From the IMG/VR virus record IMGVR_UViG_3300013099_000018, positions 40,261 to 104,260 of that record: DNA of 64,000 nt; one strand, 5' to 3'. Both the position numbers and the translations under genes were made by a program. This document shows positions 37,399 to 49,200 of the stretch, piece after piece; position 1 is the stretch's first letter; each line of letters begins with the position of its first letter. The notes beneath the pieces were generated by a model that made no database searches, was not told the DNA's origin, and worked only from the letters and a program-made list of their open reading frames with translations. Source of the DNA: a virus.

Positions 37399-38742
37399 GT
37401 CAGCTACCCCGCCCTAAAGGGCGGAGCTTGCTCGACCTCTCCTAACGGAGAGGGAGCATCGGGACGGCTGACAAACGCCCCGTTTTGAAGAGATTTCAAA
37501 ACCCTTAACATAATATTTTTAGCACCGACAATATCTGCATGTTCTTTGAATCCACAATTCTTACATTCGAATTCTTTACCATTTCTATTTTCTTTAGCAG
37601 TGTAACCGCATACTGGACAACTTATTGATGTGCATTGCGGATTCACATAAACTACCTTACTTCCGTAGAGCTTAGCTTTGTACTCGATTAGGGTTTGAAG
37701 CTCTCTGAAACACCACTGGCTAAACAACCTTCTTTTCTCTCCCTTGAACTTAGCGTTGTTTTCTCTGAATTCTCTAATGCCTTCTAAGTCCTCCAAACCG
37801 AAAACACAAGGTGAGTTCTCTACTACAATCTTCTTAGCAACGACATGGAGGAAATTTCTAACCAGCCGTTTCTCGACTCCGCTAAGAGACAACAAACGCC
37901 TCTTAGCGGAGCGAGTGCCTTTAGCCTGAAGCTGTGAGCGTAACTTCTGATAATGGGATTTCAATCTCAAAACTTGTTGAGAGAATTCGATAAGCTTAGA
38001 TTTGCCTAAACTATCATGCAAAGCTACAAAACTATTGGAAGGTTCGTTTATATCAACTCCGACAACCTTCTTAGGCTTGAGTTCCTTATCAGGAACATCT
38101 ACAGATACAATAAGATACCAGAGCTTGTTACTCCTCTCGTAATAAAGAATGGCATCTCCGTAACCGTATTTCTCAATATATTCGTAGTGTTTGTTCCAAC
38201 CATAGTAAGGTATTTTCTTCAATCTTTCACCGATAACCGAGATTGAACAAACTCTTGGATTTAGCTTTAAATCATAGCTCCTTCTTTTAACGAGCTTAAC
38301 AATCAGTTTTTTCCTTCTAATTGGTTTTCCAATCTCTTTATAGAATAGTTCGATTAACTTCTTACGATTTCTCTTCGAGATATTAAATTTCTCAGCTAAC
38401 TGGTTAAAGACAGAATCGTAATGTTGAGCAACCTCTCTGATAACTGAAATAGCAATCTGAGACTGAAAACCATACTTCTCTTTGAGTTTGTAGTATAAAG
38501 CCTTATGCAAACTAATATGGTCAAAAACACGATTGTTAAAAGCGTATTCGCTAATTTCGTTAAATGCATCTCTATACTTTTTGGCTAAATCCAAAATCTT
38601 CTGCTTTTGCTCCTTCGTAAGTTCAAGCTTAAATTTCACAGATATTGTAACCATTCATTGAGTTGTGAAAAATTTAGATATTTAAGTGTTGCGGTACTCC
38701 TCTCCGCTTTGAAAAGCGAAATTTCCGCACCGCTATTATTTT
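37399..38742 (-). mobile_element. IS200/IS605-family TnpB-only (IS1341-like) element, 1344 bp
   Basis: right end CAAGCTCCGCCCTTTAGGGCGGGGTAGCTGAC hairpin; left-end subterminal hairpin; TTCAT immediately 5' of the left end; no TSD; no tnpA. Confidence 0.85.
37404..38654 (-). CDS. tnpB: RNA-guided endonuclease TnpB
   Basis: RuvC D-E-D in GVDIN / LEDL / HADIVGA, CPVC-CKNC Zn finger. Confidence 0.93.
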   Translation of the reverse strand: MVTISVKFKLELTKEQKQKILDLAKKYRDAFNEISEYAFNNRVFDHISLHKALYYKLKEKYGFQSQIAISVIREVAQHYDSVFNQLAEKFNISKRNRKKLIELFYKEIGKPIRRKKLIVKLVKRRSYDLKLNPRVCSISVIGERLKKIPYYGWNKHYEYIEKYGYGDAILYYERSNKLWYLIVSVDVPDKELKPKKVVGVDINEPSNSFVALHDSLGKSKLIEFSQQVLRLKSHYQKLRSQLQAKGTRSAKRRLLSLSGVEKRLVRNFLHVVAKKIVVENSPCVFGLEDLEGIREFRENNAKFKGEKRRLFSQWCFRELQTLIEYKAKLYGSKVVYVNPQCTSISCPVCGYTAKENRNGKEFECKNCGFKEHADIVGAKNIMLRVLKSLQNGAFVSRPDAPSPLGEVEQAPPFRAG

Positions 38743-38868
38743 ATGAAGAATCAAGACCATGCATCAGTTCTTAAAAAAGTGCTAACCAAAATAGTTACAG
38801 TAGTAAAAAAGGTTTCTTAACTCTTTCACCAACACAATTCTTTTATTTTTTTATGTTTAATTGAATAT

Positions 38869-39252
38869 ATGGTTAAGATTAAGGGTGGAGATGAGCTTTA
38901 TTTAGATGTTTACTATGTGAAAGAATACCAACTCAAAGAAGTAGTTGGTAAAGATGGTATAGTAAACAAATACTACTCGGTAGATGCAAAGTTACTTCTT
39001 AACCCAGATAAAAAATACCTAAACAGAGAAAATGTCGAAGTAGTCTCGCACAAGGTTATAAAAGTGCAAATAATGGAAGTAAACAGAGTAGGTGGAGAAG
39101 TTATTGAACCTAGTTATCTTATAGGCTTACGCTTTGTAGAAGGTAATAAAGCTACTCCAGTATTCCATATCATGGTTAAAAACGATGAAGAATTCAAACA
39201 GAGAATAGTCCAAGAGTTAAGATATTATTTTAAAGCGACAAGTATATCATAA
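38869..39252 (+). CDS. hypothetical protein
   Basis: 127 aa. Confidence 0.75.
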   Translation: MVKIKGGDELYLDVYYVKEYQLKEVVGKDGIVNKYYSVDAKLLLNPDKKYLNRENVEVVSHKVIKVQIMEVNRVGGEVIEPSYLIGLRFVEGNKATPVFHIMVKNDEEFKQRIVQELRYYFKATSIS

Positions 39253-39271
39253 ATACTAGAGGTGATAGTTA

Positions 39272-42200
39272 ATGGCAACTGAGGTTGAGGAATTTAACAT
39301 CAATCCACAAATAATCATTCAAGCATTCGATATTGAAAAAACTTTAGAAGAGTTTAGCCTAAGCGATATCGAAGAGTTTTACATTGAATACGGTGGTGTA
39401 ACCGACCCATTAGGACAACTAGCATCGACAGTGCTAAATGCTATTGATAGGGGGTTGTCATCTGTAAAGAATGCTATATTGGGTAAAATCTCTGATGTAT
39501 ATAATACAGTCAGTAAACTACCTGGTAGAATAAGTGATGTTCTTTCAAAATTGGGTAATATAGGAGATGTTATTAATGATATATTAAATACAGTTAAAGG
39601 AATTCCAGGCAGAATAAGCGATGTTTTAAATAAAATTGGTAGTGTTGGTAGTGTTGTAAATTCTATTTTTGAAAGGGTTAAAGAACTTCCAGGCAAGGTG
39701 GGTGAAATATTAAGTAAATTAGGTAATATAGGTTCTACGGTTAAAGACATATTTGATAAGATTAAGGGTATTTATCAAAAAATAGCTGATGGATTTAAGA
39801 ATGCATTAGACAAAATACGAGATATTTACGATAAGATTAAAGAAATACCTCAAAAAATAGCTGATGGGTTTAAAGATGTCTTGAAGAATTTAGGCACTAT
39901 TGTAGACAAAGTCAAAGAAATTCCACAAAAGATAGCTAAAGGGTTTGAAGATGTTGGAAAATCTCTTAACAACATATTCGAGAAGGTAAAAGAGCTACCA
40001 GAGAAAGTCTCTCAAGGATTTGAAGAGGTTTTAAAGAACTTAGGACTTATTGTAGACAAAGTCAAAGATTTACCTCAAAAGATATCCGATGGATTTAGAA
40101 ACATATTAGATAAGGTTCGTGAAATCTTCGACAAAGTCAAAGAGTTACCACAGAAAATATCAGATGGTTTCAAAAACGTTATCGAGAATTTAAGAGGGAT
40201 AATGGATAAAGTCAAGGAGTTACCACAGAAAATAGCTGAAGGTTTTGAAAATGTAGGTAAATCCCTTAGCGGAATAATCGAGGAAGTCAAAAAGATTCCA
40301 GAAAAGATTTCAAGTTTATTTGAAGAAATTAGGAAAAAGTTTGAAGATTTTGGAAAAACTATTGGAGATATTTTCGAAGAGGTTAGAAAAATCCCTGAAA
40401 AGATAGCAAAGGGATTTGAAAATGCCAGTAAAACAATAAATAAGGTAATCGAGGAAGTCAAAAAGATTCCAGAGAAGATAAGTGAAGGATTTGGAGATAT
40501 AATTGAAAAACTTAAAATATTACCAGAATTGCCACAAAAAGTATGGCAATTCATACAACAAAACATCGTTCAACCCCTTGAAGAACATGTCGTAAAGCCT
40601 ATAAAAGCCTTCTTTGAAGACTTATGGGATAAACACATTAAACCATTCTTTGACAAATTAAGGGATATACCAACAAAAATGGCGGAAATCAGCAAAGCAT
40701 TTCAGGGATTCGTCAACCCATTAGTAGGTATAGCACAATTCTTTGACCAAATTAGGCAGAAATTCATCGATTTCATAACTAATATTCCAAATTACATTAA
40801 GTCGATAGCAGATTTCTTTGGCAATATAGCTAAAGACCCGTTGGGTTGGTTCAACGATAATGTAGTAAAGCCTTTAGCAGATGCTTTCAGTGCAATAGGT
40901 AAGTGGATATGGGAACACTTACCAGATTGGCTCAAGAATGCAATAACCACAGTACAAGATTGGTTCTCTGGAGCTAAGGATTGGATAACAAAAGGATGGA
41001 GAGACTTTGTCGATTGGGTTAGTAAGATACCAGAGCATATCCAAAACTTAGGAAACTATATCTATGATAACGCAATTAAACCATTGCAAAATTGGTTAGA
41101 TGAACAAATAATATCGCCATTTAGCGAATATATTGTTAAACCTCTTGGAGATATAGGAGCTAAAGTTTGGCAAACTCTTAGCTCAGCATTTGATAGAATT
41201 AGAAATGCTATAAGTGAATTCTTAAAAGACCCAATAGGTTTCATCGGTGGGATATTTAATTTCTTGATTAGTGGATTAAAGAAAATTGGAGAAGCTATAT
41301 GGGGCGGAATTACATCTGCTGGAGAGTGGTTCGCAAGTAAAGCTACTGAAGCATTCAACGCAATCTTTTCAAAAGTTATCAAACCTATATATGATAGTTT
41401 TGAAAACATAGGTAAATCTATAGTTAGTTTCATAAACAAACCATTCATATCTTTGGTTGGAGCAGTTAAAGGTTTAGCAGATAAAATTGCTAAAGCTACA
41501 GATGAACCTATAACCAAGCTTATTTATGACCTTTTCACACCACTGGTTAGCAATGTTGCAAAAACTATGGAAAATCATGTTATGAAATTAGTTAATAAGC
41601 TTAGTAAAGGTCAATCTGCGGGTGAGGTTATAGAATCACTACAGCTTACTGGATTGCTTTATGGTTCGATAGTTCTCAATCAGTATTTGTTTAGAGCAAT
41701 ATCGTTAGGGTTACATGCTTTAGCTTCAGCTTTTGACAAATACAATTGGGAAATGTTTATTGGATGGAGAGTAAAGGTAAAGGGAGAGCATGGATTCAGA
41801 TTCGTTCCAGCAGGTGTTGGTGTTAGGCAAGCTATAGGAGATTCTACGTTAGTTCAACAAGCAATTCCAATTTACGTTGGATTAAACTTAGGTGGAACTT
41901 TGAGACACATTGCAAAAGAAATGAAAAACTATGCAGATGAGTGGGGTAGAGCAGTTCTATATGGTTATGCAATTTGGCTATCACAACCCATGATGCGTTT
42001 GGCAAGTTCAATGTTTAGAAATATGTTACCTATTGAACTACCGTCATTATCCGAGCTTAGAACTATAACAAGGAGACACATGCCAATCAAAGAGAAATTC
42101 GAACAACACCTAGAAACTATGAGAAGGTATCTTGCGTTATATGGTTACAACGATGAAGTCGTGGCATGGTTGACAACTCCAATAACAGAGAAAGGTTGGT

Positions 42201-45200
42201 TTGTTACAATTGTAGATAGGTTTGGCAAGGAAAGAAAAGTCCCGATAAGCTTACTGTATGAGCTACCGACACCTTCAGATATAGCAAGAATGATGATTCA
42301 TGACCTATTTACACTTCCAGAACAAGAAGAGGTTGCGTTTGAGAGCTTTAAGAAATTGATGGCTATGAAAGGATACAACGAAGACATCGCTAAGCTCTAT
42401 TACTTGCTACACTACAAATATCCAAGCATGAGCGATTTATGGGAATTCACTTGTAGAGTGGTAGCAAAACAAACATGGGTTGAGTATGTTCCTGAACCAG
42501 AGATGGACTTAGGTGCGCCAAATCCGAAATCTCCTGTGCAATTACAAAGCACATATGGGTTAACTAAGTTTACGAGTGAAGAAGTGTGGAATAAATTAAA
42601 GAGTGCAACAGAAAACATTTTGAGACACTATGCAAAGTGGCATGATTATGCTCCATTCACATGGATTAAAGATTGGACAGCAGATAACTTAATTTACATA
42701 GACTTAATGGCTGACATACCACAGAGAATCGATGCAAGATGGATGTATAAGTGGCAAGTCCCTGTTCCCAAAGCGATTTACGATATTACCAATAATGAAT
42801 ACTTTGATGAGAAAGCACTCTTCTTAATTGTAACTTCAAGAGGAATGCATCCCAAATGGATAGAATCTATAGTAATTGCTGAGTGCATGAACGCATTAGC
42901 AGAAGAGAGAACATATGCAAGAACGGGTGTCATCAACGCATTCAAGGAAGGATTTATGCCATTGGATGGATTGACAAAGACACTATCAAACCTCACAACG
43001 ATAAAGATTCTTGATAGAGATGTCCCTGTTAGATTCTTAGAAGGAGAAGTTAAGCTACTTGCATTAAGAGCCAAATATGACAGAGCATTGGACATTCTAA
43101 GGGATTATTTCAAAGATTTACTTAGAGGAGTAACCGAGAACATAATCCCATTCGATGGAATGACTAAAAGCTTAAAAGACGAAATAAATGCAGTAGCTAA
43201 ATCGTTAGGATTAACAAATCTTGCATTAGATGAAGACTATTACAAACTATATCAACCAGTAGCAGACTCTCTCAGAAAGGTAAGAACAATTGAGAGGATA
43301 AGATATTGGTACAGATACATGCTTTACAGAATTCTATATAGATTCTCAGAAGGATTCATGAGTAAAGACGAATTCAACAAAACAATAAACGACATTGTAA
43401 ACAACGCAAAGCTAACTGATGAAGAAAAGAAGGTCTTTGTCGAGATTGCACAACTAATGTATGATGGTTTCTACAAGAAGACTAAAGCAGATGGAATTCT
43501 TAGAAAATTAGCAAGAGGTGTAATAACACATGAACAAGCAAAACAAGAACTAATTAAATTAGGGTTAACTGAGGATTTAGCAGATGCTCTCATAGAGAAG
43601 CATGCCAAAACTTACACATTATCAATCTCGACTCTACTAAGCTATGCTGATGAAGTTTACATTCCAGAGGAGTTACTAATGAAGAAACTTGAGATTCTTG
43701 GAGTTCCACAAGATGAGCGAGAAATTGTCTTACAAGTGTTTAAGATAAGACCAATCAAGGACGAAAGAGCAAAAGCAATCAGAATACAGATTGAGAAATT
43801 TATCGAAGGATACATAGATGAAAACACACTTAGACAAGAGTTAAGTAAACTTGGTAAATTTAAAGAGGAAATTGACCTAATTGTTCAATATGCTAAGGTA
43901 GAAAAAGAAATGGAAATCTACAAACTAAGAATTGATGCTATTCTTAATAAGATAAGAAGAGGAGTATTAACTATCGAAGAGGCTAGGAATGTCCTTAGCA
44001 AATATATAACAGACAAAGATATAGTCGAAGCTCTAATTGAAAAAGCAGTCAGAGTTTATACCTTATCAGTGGCTCAACTATTGAGCTACGCAGAATACGT
44101 AGACATTCCAGAAGAACTGTTAAAGAGGAAATTAGAAATATTAGGTGTTCCAAAAGATGAAATACCCATTATCTTGCAAGTTTTCAGAATAAGACCTCTA
44201 AGAGACGAATATGCTAAGCAAATTTCAGAAACACTTAAGCAATTCGAGGAAGGATACATTGATGAGGAGAAACTTAAGTCCACTCTAAAAGAATTAGGTA
44301 AAAGCGATAAGGAGATTCAAATTCTTGTAACTTTTGCAAAGGCTCGTAGGTGGAGACACAAGGTTGAATACTTTGTGGATGCAATCTTGAACCAGCTAAG
44401 GAGAGGAGCAATTACCATCGACAAGGCTAAAGAAGAGTTGTCGAAATACATCGTGGATGAGAGTCTAATAGATGCGATGATAGAAAAGACTGTAAGAGTT
44501 TACACATTGTCAATACCACAATTACTTAGCTATGCAGAATACGTAGATATTCCAGAGGAATTCATTAAAAAGAAGCTTGAGATTCTCGGAGTTCCAGAGG
44601 ATGAAGTTCCAATTATCTTGCAAGTGTTTAGAATAAGACCACTAAAGGATGAAAGAGCTAAGATGATTAGGAGTGTCATAGATGCATATATCAATGGTTA
44701 TATCTCAAAAGACTTGCTCCAGCAAAACTTAAAGAACTTAGGAAAATCACCAAGGGAAATTCAAATTCTAACAGAATTTGCAGATTTTGAGAAATCCCAA
44801 GCTGAAGCAAAGTTAGCCATAGATGCAATTCTAAACAGATTAAGAAGAGGAGCAATAACACTTGAAGAGGCTAAGAAGGAGCTATCGAAATACATTGTGG
44901 ACAAAGCTCTTATAGATGCTATCATTGAAAAATATGTTAGAACTTCTGTTTGGACACCAGACAAATTGGTTAGCATGGCAGAATATGTACCTATAGATAT
45001 TCAAAAGCTTGTAGATAAAGCAAAGATGTTCGGATATCCAGAGGAAGAAGTAAAATTATATCCAGCATACCTCATAGCAAGAAATCTCAATGAAGAAATT
45101 GGAAGAATAATAACAGAGCTTGTATACCTCTATGTTTACGACATCATTGACGAAGAAACATTGAGAAAAGAGATTGATAAGGTTAGAACTCTAAATGGTG

Positions 45201-45310
45201 AAGTTAAAAAGCTTGGCGTAGATTGGATTGTTATTGATGACATGGAGAAAGAGTTAATCATACAAAGAGCTAAATTAAGAAAGATGAGAGAGCAAAGAAA
45301 ATCAACATAG
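39272..45310 (+). CDS. giant helical/coiled-coil repeat protein, probable virion terminal-structure component
   Basis: 2012 aa; about 22-aa amphipathic repeats (KxKELPxKIxxGF) N-terminally; four 148-aa repeats C-terminally. Confidence 0.75.
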   Translation: MATEVEEFNINPQIIIQAFDIEKTLEEFSLSDIEEFYIEYGGVTDPLGQLASTVLNAIDRGLSSVKNAILGKISDVYNTVSKLPGRISDVLSKLGNIGDVINDILNTVKGIPGRISDVLNKIGSVGSVVNSIFERVKELPGKVGEILSKLGNIGSTVKDIFDKIKGIYQKIADGFKNALDKIRDIYDKIKEIPQKIADGFKDVLKNLGTIVDKVKEIPQKIAKGFEDVGKSLNNIFEKVKELPEKVSQGFEEVLKNLGLIVDKVKDLPQKISDGFRNILDKVREIFDKVKELPQKISDGFKNVIENLRGIMDKVKELPQKIAEGFENVGKSLSGIIEEVKKIPEKISSLFEEIRKKFEDFGKTIGDIFEEVRKIPEKIAKGFENASKTINKVIEEVKKIPEKISEGFGDIIEKLKILPELPQKVWQFIQQNIVQPLEEHVVKPIKAFFEDLWDKHIKPFFDKLRDIPTKMAEISKAFQGFVNPLVGIAQFFDQIRQKFIDFITNIPNYIKSIADFFGNIAKDPLGWFNDNVVKPLADAFSAIGKWIWEHLPDWLKNAITTVQDWFSGAKDWITKGWRDFVDWVSKIPEHIQNLGNYIYDNAIKPLQNWLDEQIISPFSEYIVKPLGDIGAKVWQTLSSAFDRIRNAISEFLKDPIGFIGGIFNFLISGLKKIGEAIWGGITSAGEWFASKATEAFNAIFSKVIKPIYDSFENIGKSIVSFINKPFISLVGAVKGLADKIAKATDEPITKLIYDLFTPLVSNVAKTMENHVMKLVNKLSKGQSAGEVIESLQLTGLLYGSIVLNQYLFRAISLGLHALASAFDKYNWEMFIGWRVKVKGEHGFRFVPAGVGVRQAIGDSTLVQQAIPIYVGLNLGGTLRHIAKEMKNYADEWGRAVLYGYAIWLSQPMMRLASSMFRNMLPIELPSLSELRTITRRHMPIKEKFEQHLETMRRYLALYGYNDEVVAWLTTPITEKGWFVTIVDRFGKERKVPISLLYELPTPSDIARMMIHDLFTLPEQEEVAFESFKKLMAMKGYNEDIAKLYYLLHYKYPSMSDLWEFTCRVVAKQTWVEYVPEPEMDLGAPNPKSPVQLQSTYGLTKFTSEEVWNKLKSATENILRHYAKWHDYAPFTWIKDWTADNLIYIDLMADIPQRIDARWMYKWQVPVPKAIYDITNNEYFDEKALFLIVTSRGMHPKWIESIVIAECMNALAEERTYARTGVINAFKEGFMPLDGLTKTLSNLTTIKILDRDVPVRFLEGEVKLLALRAKYDRALDILRDYFKDLLRGVTENIIPFDGMTKSLKDEINAVAKSLGLTNLALDEDYYKLYQPVADSLRKVRTIERIRYWYRYMLYRILYRFSEGFMSKDEFNKTINDIVNNAKLTDEEKKVFVEIAQLMYDGFYKKTKADGILRKLARGVITHEQAKQELIKLGLTEDLADALIEKHAKTYTLSISTLLSYADEVYIPEELLMKKLEILGVPQDEREIVLQVFKIRPIKDERAKAIRIQIEKFIEGYIDENTLRQELSKLGKFKEEIDLIVQYAKVEKEMEIYKLRIDAILNKIRRGVLTIEEARNVLSKYITDKDIVEALIEKAVRVYTLSVAQLLSYAEYVDIPEELLKRKLEILGVPKDEIPIILQVFRIRPLRDEYAKQISETLKQFEEGYIDEEKLKSTLKELGKSDKEIQILVTFAKARRWRHKVEYFVDAILNQLRRGAITIDKAKEELSKYIVDESLIDAMIEKTVRVYTLSIPQLLSYAEYVDIPEEFIKKKLEILGVPEDEVPIILQVFRIRPLKDERAKMIRSVIDAYINGYISKDLLQQNLKNLGKSPREIQILTEFADFEKSQAEAKLAIDAILNRLRRGAITLEEAKKELSKYIVDKALIDAIIEKYVRTSVWTPDKLVSMAEYVPIDIQKLVDKAKMFGYPEEEVKLYPAYLIARNLNEEIGRIITELVYLYVYDIIDEETLRKEIDKVRTLNGEVKKLGVDWIVIDDMEKELIIQRAKLRKMREQRKST

Positions 45311-45316
45311 GGGTGA

Positions 45317-46207
45317 ATGGCTATGCCGTATCTTGATGAGTTGAGAGAGAGTTTGAAGTTGGAAGCTGGAGACGTAATAATGGAAGATTGGTATGAAGAT
45401 TTAGTAAACTATCTTGAAAAAATAGAGAAAGAAGGTGCTGTAGATTACGTAGGTTACATCCATTCACATTTAATTCCCGATAAAGATGCCTTATACAACG
45501 TTGGAGTACACAACTCCAAACTTAAGCAAGTTCACTCCGTTTACGGATATTTCTCCAACGTTAAAGCAGATACAATGAATGCAACTAATGTACAATCTGA
45601 CGATATAACTACTAACGAGATAAACGCAAATAAAGGCAATTTCACAGAAGACTTGAGGTTACAAGGTAAAAGAGTTCTGAAAGACGAAGACCCAATACAC
45701 ATAGCTTCATTCTATGAGTATGCTAAGTCTCAAGTTGAGCAAGCTATTAAGGATGCACTTCTGAACTTAAGCATTCCAACAAAGATTGAAGAAAAGAAGG
45801 TTGTTGATGTTTATTCATTCTATGACTATGCTAAGAATCAAATAGAGCAAACAATCAAAGATGTACTTCTGAACTTAGGAATACCACCTAGACCTCATCT
45901 ACTTGGTTATCAAGTAGATTACTATGCACCAGCAATGGCAGATATATTCCCGCAAGATTTGAACGTTCAATTCGATGGTAGAGTTAGAATTAAGGTTGTT
46001 GGAAATGTGGATTTCTACGCTTACATGAAGTTCAAGCCAAATGTAGCTCCGATTGAAATAGTAGCATGGCTTAACGATGGTAAACCAATCAAAGCCAATA
46101 CATGGAAAGAAATGGATTTCACCGTAAACAAAGACGATAAGGTGAATGTAAAAGTAGTCCCAACTACGAAGATAACAATCTTGATTTACAACATACCTCA
46201 AGCTTGA
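45317..46207 (+). CDS. putative structural protein with internal duplication
   Basis: SFYEYAKSQVEQAIKDALLNL / SFYDYAKNQIEQTIKDVLLNL. Confidence 0.7.
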   Translation: MAMPYLDELRESLKLEAGDVIMEDWYEDLVNYLEKIEKEGAVDYVGYIHSHLIPDKDALYNVGVHNSKLKQVHSVYGYFSNVKADTMNATNVQSDDITTNEINANKGNFTEDLRLQGKRVLKDEDPIHIASFYEYAKSQVEQAIKDALLNLSIPTKIEEKKVVDVYSFYDYAKNQIEQTIKDVLLNLGIPPRPHLLGYQVDYYAPAMADIFPQDLNVQFDGRVRIKVVGNVDFYAYMKFKPNVAPIEIVAWLNDGKPIKANTWKEMDFTVNKDDKVNVKVVPTTKITILIYNIPQA

Positions 46208-46247
46208 TGCTTAACTTTTTAATATACATTTGATTTGAAATAAGAAT

Positions 46248-49200
46248 ATGAAAACAATCTATTACTTATATCCAATACGCAACAAGGTTAGCTTTACCTT
46301 TATATCTAAGCAACACATTAGGTATCTAAAGCAAAAGTTAAAGAACAATGTAAAAATAATAGAAACAGATGTAGACACTTTTGACCCTTCTGCATGGGGG
46401 TTTAACCGTAAACTTATACTCCATCCACTCTTTTATCCATTCTTCGAAGGAGTAAGTAAAGAAGCTAATGCCAAAATAAGTAAACTTAACCAATGCCTCA
46501 ACAAAGGTTTCAAGATTATAGCTTTCGATACGGCAGATTCTGACAGAATTTCCGAAAAAGCAGTAGATTTAGCTAATAAAGTTGAAGCAATAATAGTTCC
46601 ATCTAACTTTGCCAAGAAAGCATTTGTAGATAGTGGCGTATATAAACCAGTTCACGTAGTACCTCATGGAATTCCAGATGAGTTTATGGTTAATGGTAAA
46701 ACAATAACTCATCCAGATTTGGCTAAGCTCAAAGAATTCAAGGAGAAAAACAAATTCATACTTGTTCATTTCAATGTTACACATTGCTATGATGAAGAAA
46801 CGAGAATCCTCACTAAGGAAGGTTTCAAAAAATGGAATGAGATATCCAAAGATGACGAAATTGCCACTTTCAACCTAAAGACTGGTGAATTAGAGTATCA
46901 GAAACCAGAAGAGATATTTATATACGAATATAAAGGTAAGATGATTCATTTCAAAGGACAACACTATGACCTCTTAGTTACTCCAAACCACAGAATGGTA
47001 GTTAGAAAGTCAAGACGGTATGTAGCTCCACAAAACAGAAATAAGGTTAGAGAATGGAAAATTAAAGAAGCATTCGAATTACTAATCAATCGCAATTGGG
47101 TTAAATATGAAATTCCAAGAGTGGTTAAATGGAAAGGTGTTCACAAAGAATATTTCGAGATTGATAAGAAATTGAACGAGAAACTACATTGCAATGTTAG
47201 ATATAAGCATGATAAATTGCCTATAAAACCATTTCTAAGGTTCTTGGGATGGTTCATATCGGAAGGACAAGCAAGATACAATGAACATAACCATGAAGTT
47301 TTTATAGCGATTTGGAACAACAAGGGTGAATACTTGAAAGAAATAGCAGAAACTATAAAGGAGTTGGGCTATCATCCAGTTATAGATTACAATAAGAAAT
47401 GCGTAATAGTTAGTTCAGTTCAACTATACGAAATCATCAAAGCACTTAGATTACCAGTTCACCCAGAGGTTAAAGGTAAGAAAGCTCATCTAAAGTTTGT
47501 TCCAGATTTCATAAAGGAACTTTCTCCAGAGCTTATAAAAGAGTTTCTTATGGCACTATGGAAAGGAGATGGAACTTTCTATAAAACAAAGGATGGAAAA
47601 ACCATACCATTGAAATATTCTACAACAAGTAAAAAGCTTGCAGAGGATATAGCTGAACTATGCTTGAAATGTGGATATGCTGTGAGTATAAATGTTGATG
47701 ATTGTGTAAAAAGACTTAATAAAGGGCATCATCCACTATATAATGTCGTAGTTTCGGTTAGATATGCTAATCCAAGTATGAATAACAAACCAGAAGTCAT
47801 AGATTACGAAGGAATAGTTTGGTGTGTCAAAGTTCCAAATGGGGCGGTTATAGTTGAGAGAAATGGCAAAATCGTAGTTTCTGGAAACTCAGGATTCCGT
47901 AAGGGTTGCGATTTATTCGCAAAAGCTATGTCTATCGTTCAAAAGGAGAATCCAAATATCATAATTTTGGCAAAGAGGCTTGAAGGATTAGACCCATACT
48001 TACCTCTATTAAGACAATTGAAATGCGTAGAGGTTGGCGGTTATCTTGAATTGGATGCTTATAGGCGACTTTATGACTTGACTGACATTACAGTTCTTGC
48101 ATCACGAGGGGGAGGGTTTGAGTGCGTTCCACCAGATACAAAGATAATATGCTACGATGGAGTCAAGCCAATCTCAGAAGTGAAAGAGGGAGATTTAGTT
48201 CTAACACATAAGGGAAGGTTTAGAAAGGTTACAAGAGTGTTTAAGAGACATTACAAAGGTAAGATTATAGAGATAATACCTTATGGTTTCTCTAAAGTTA
48301 GCATCAAATTAACACCAGAGCATCCAGTTTTAGCTATAATTAGGAAAGGCAATGCAAGGAACTCAATTAACTCTAACTTAGAATGGGTAGAAGCTAAGGA
48401 GTTGAAAAAAGGAGATTTTGTCGTATTTCCAATACCATCAAACAATTGTGAGAATATAGTCTATGATTTAGCAGAATTCTCTAATGATGGTAGTTTAGTA
48501 GTTGAGGATGAGTGGATATACTACAATAGGACAGGTTCTCCGAGATTTACAGAAATCAGCTACAAAGATATAGAAAAGCTAACTAATGAAACAAAGAAAA
48601 TAGTTTGTAAAGCTGTTAAAGCTTACAAAGGTGAATTGAATACGAATTCTGATAGGGTAAAGAAAGTTGTAGAGTTTCTAAGAAAGATAAACTATGAACC
48701 TCAATATGTAAAAATAAAGAGATTCGTTAAATTTGATAAATACTTGGCAAAGGTTATAGGATATTACTTAGCAGAAGGGAGTATTTCAGCAAAAGGACGT
48801 GCAGTGGAGTTCAGTTTTGGTGAAGAACCAGAACTTGTATTAGATTTAGTAAATGCAATAATACATGCTTTCAATTATATACCATCGGTAAAGCAATACT
48901 CTGATAGCAAAGTAACAAAAGTAATCATTTCAAATAAAGTTATTGCCAAATTCTTGGAAACATTATGTGGCAAAAAAGCTCATGGTAAAAGAATTCCATT
49001 AGATTGTTACAGGTTGGATTTAGACACAATATCATGGCTAGTATGGTCAATGATACTTGGAGATGGATGCGTTAAAGATAATCTCATAAGATATGCTACG
49101 GTTTGCGATAATCTTGCTTTTGGAATCTACACATTGTTAGTTAAACTTGGATATAAACCAAGAATCGAATGTCTTGTCCAAAGAACATATATTAGACCAA

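Larger units (their letters stand above)
37255..38820 (+). pseudogene. 73-aa gene split by the IS insertion (37255-37398 + 38743-38820)
   Basis: Joining the flanks gives in-frame MVSKGF...DGFVYL|MKNQDH...KKVS*. Confidence 0.75.

Noticed and set aside
37249-37488. 79-aa ORF as an intact gene
   Set aside because: Its last 29 codons are read-through into the IS right end; the original C-terminus lies at 38743-38820
39379-44976. Antisense ORFs within the 2012-aa gene and similar shadow ORFs elsewhere
   Set aside because: Ser/Phe/Leu/Ile-rich mirror translations of K/E-rich coding strands, with no RBS or promoters
39272-45310. Tailed-virus tape measure protein implying Caudoviricetes
   Set aside because: No terminase, portal, HK97 capsid or tail-tube gene recognised, while SIRV2-type MCPs are present
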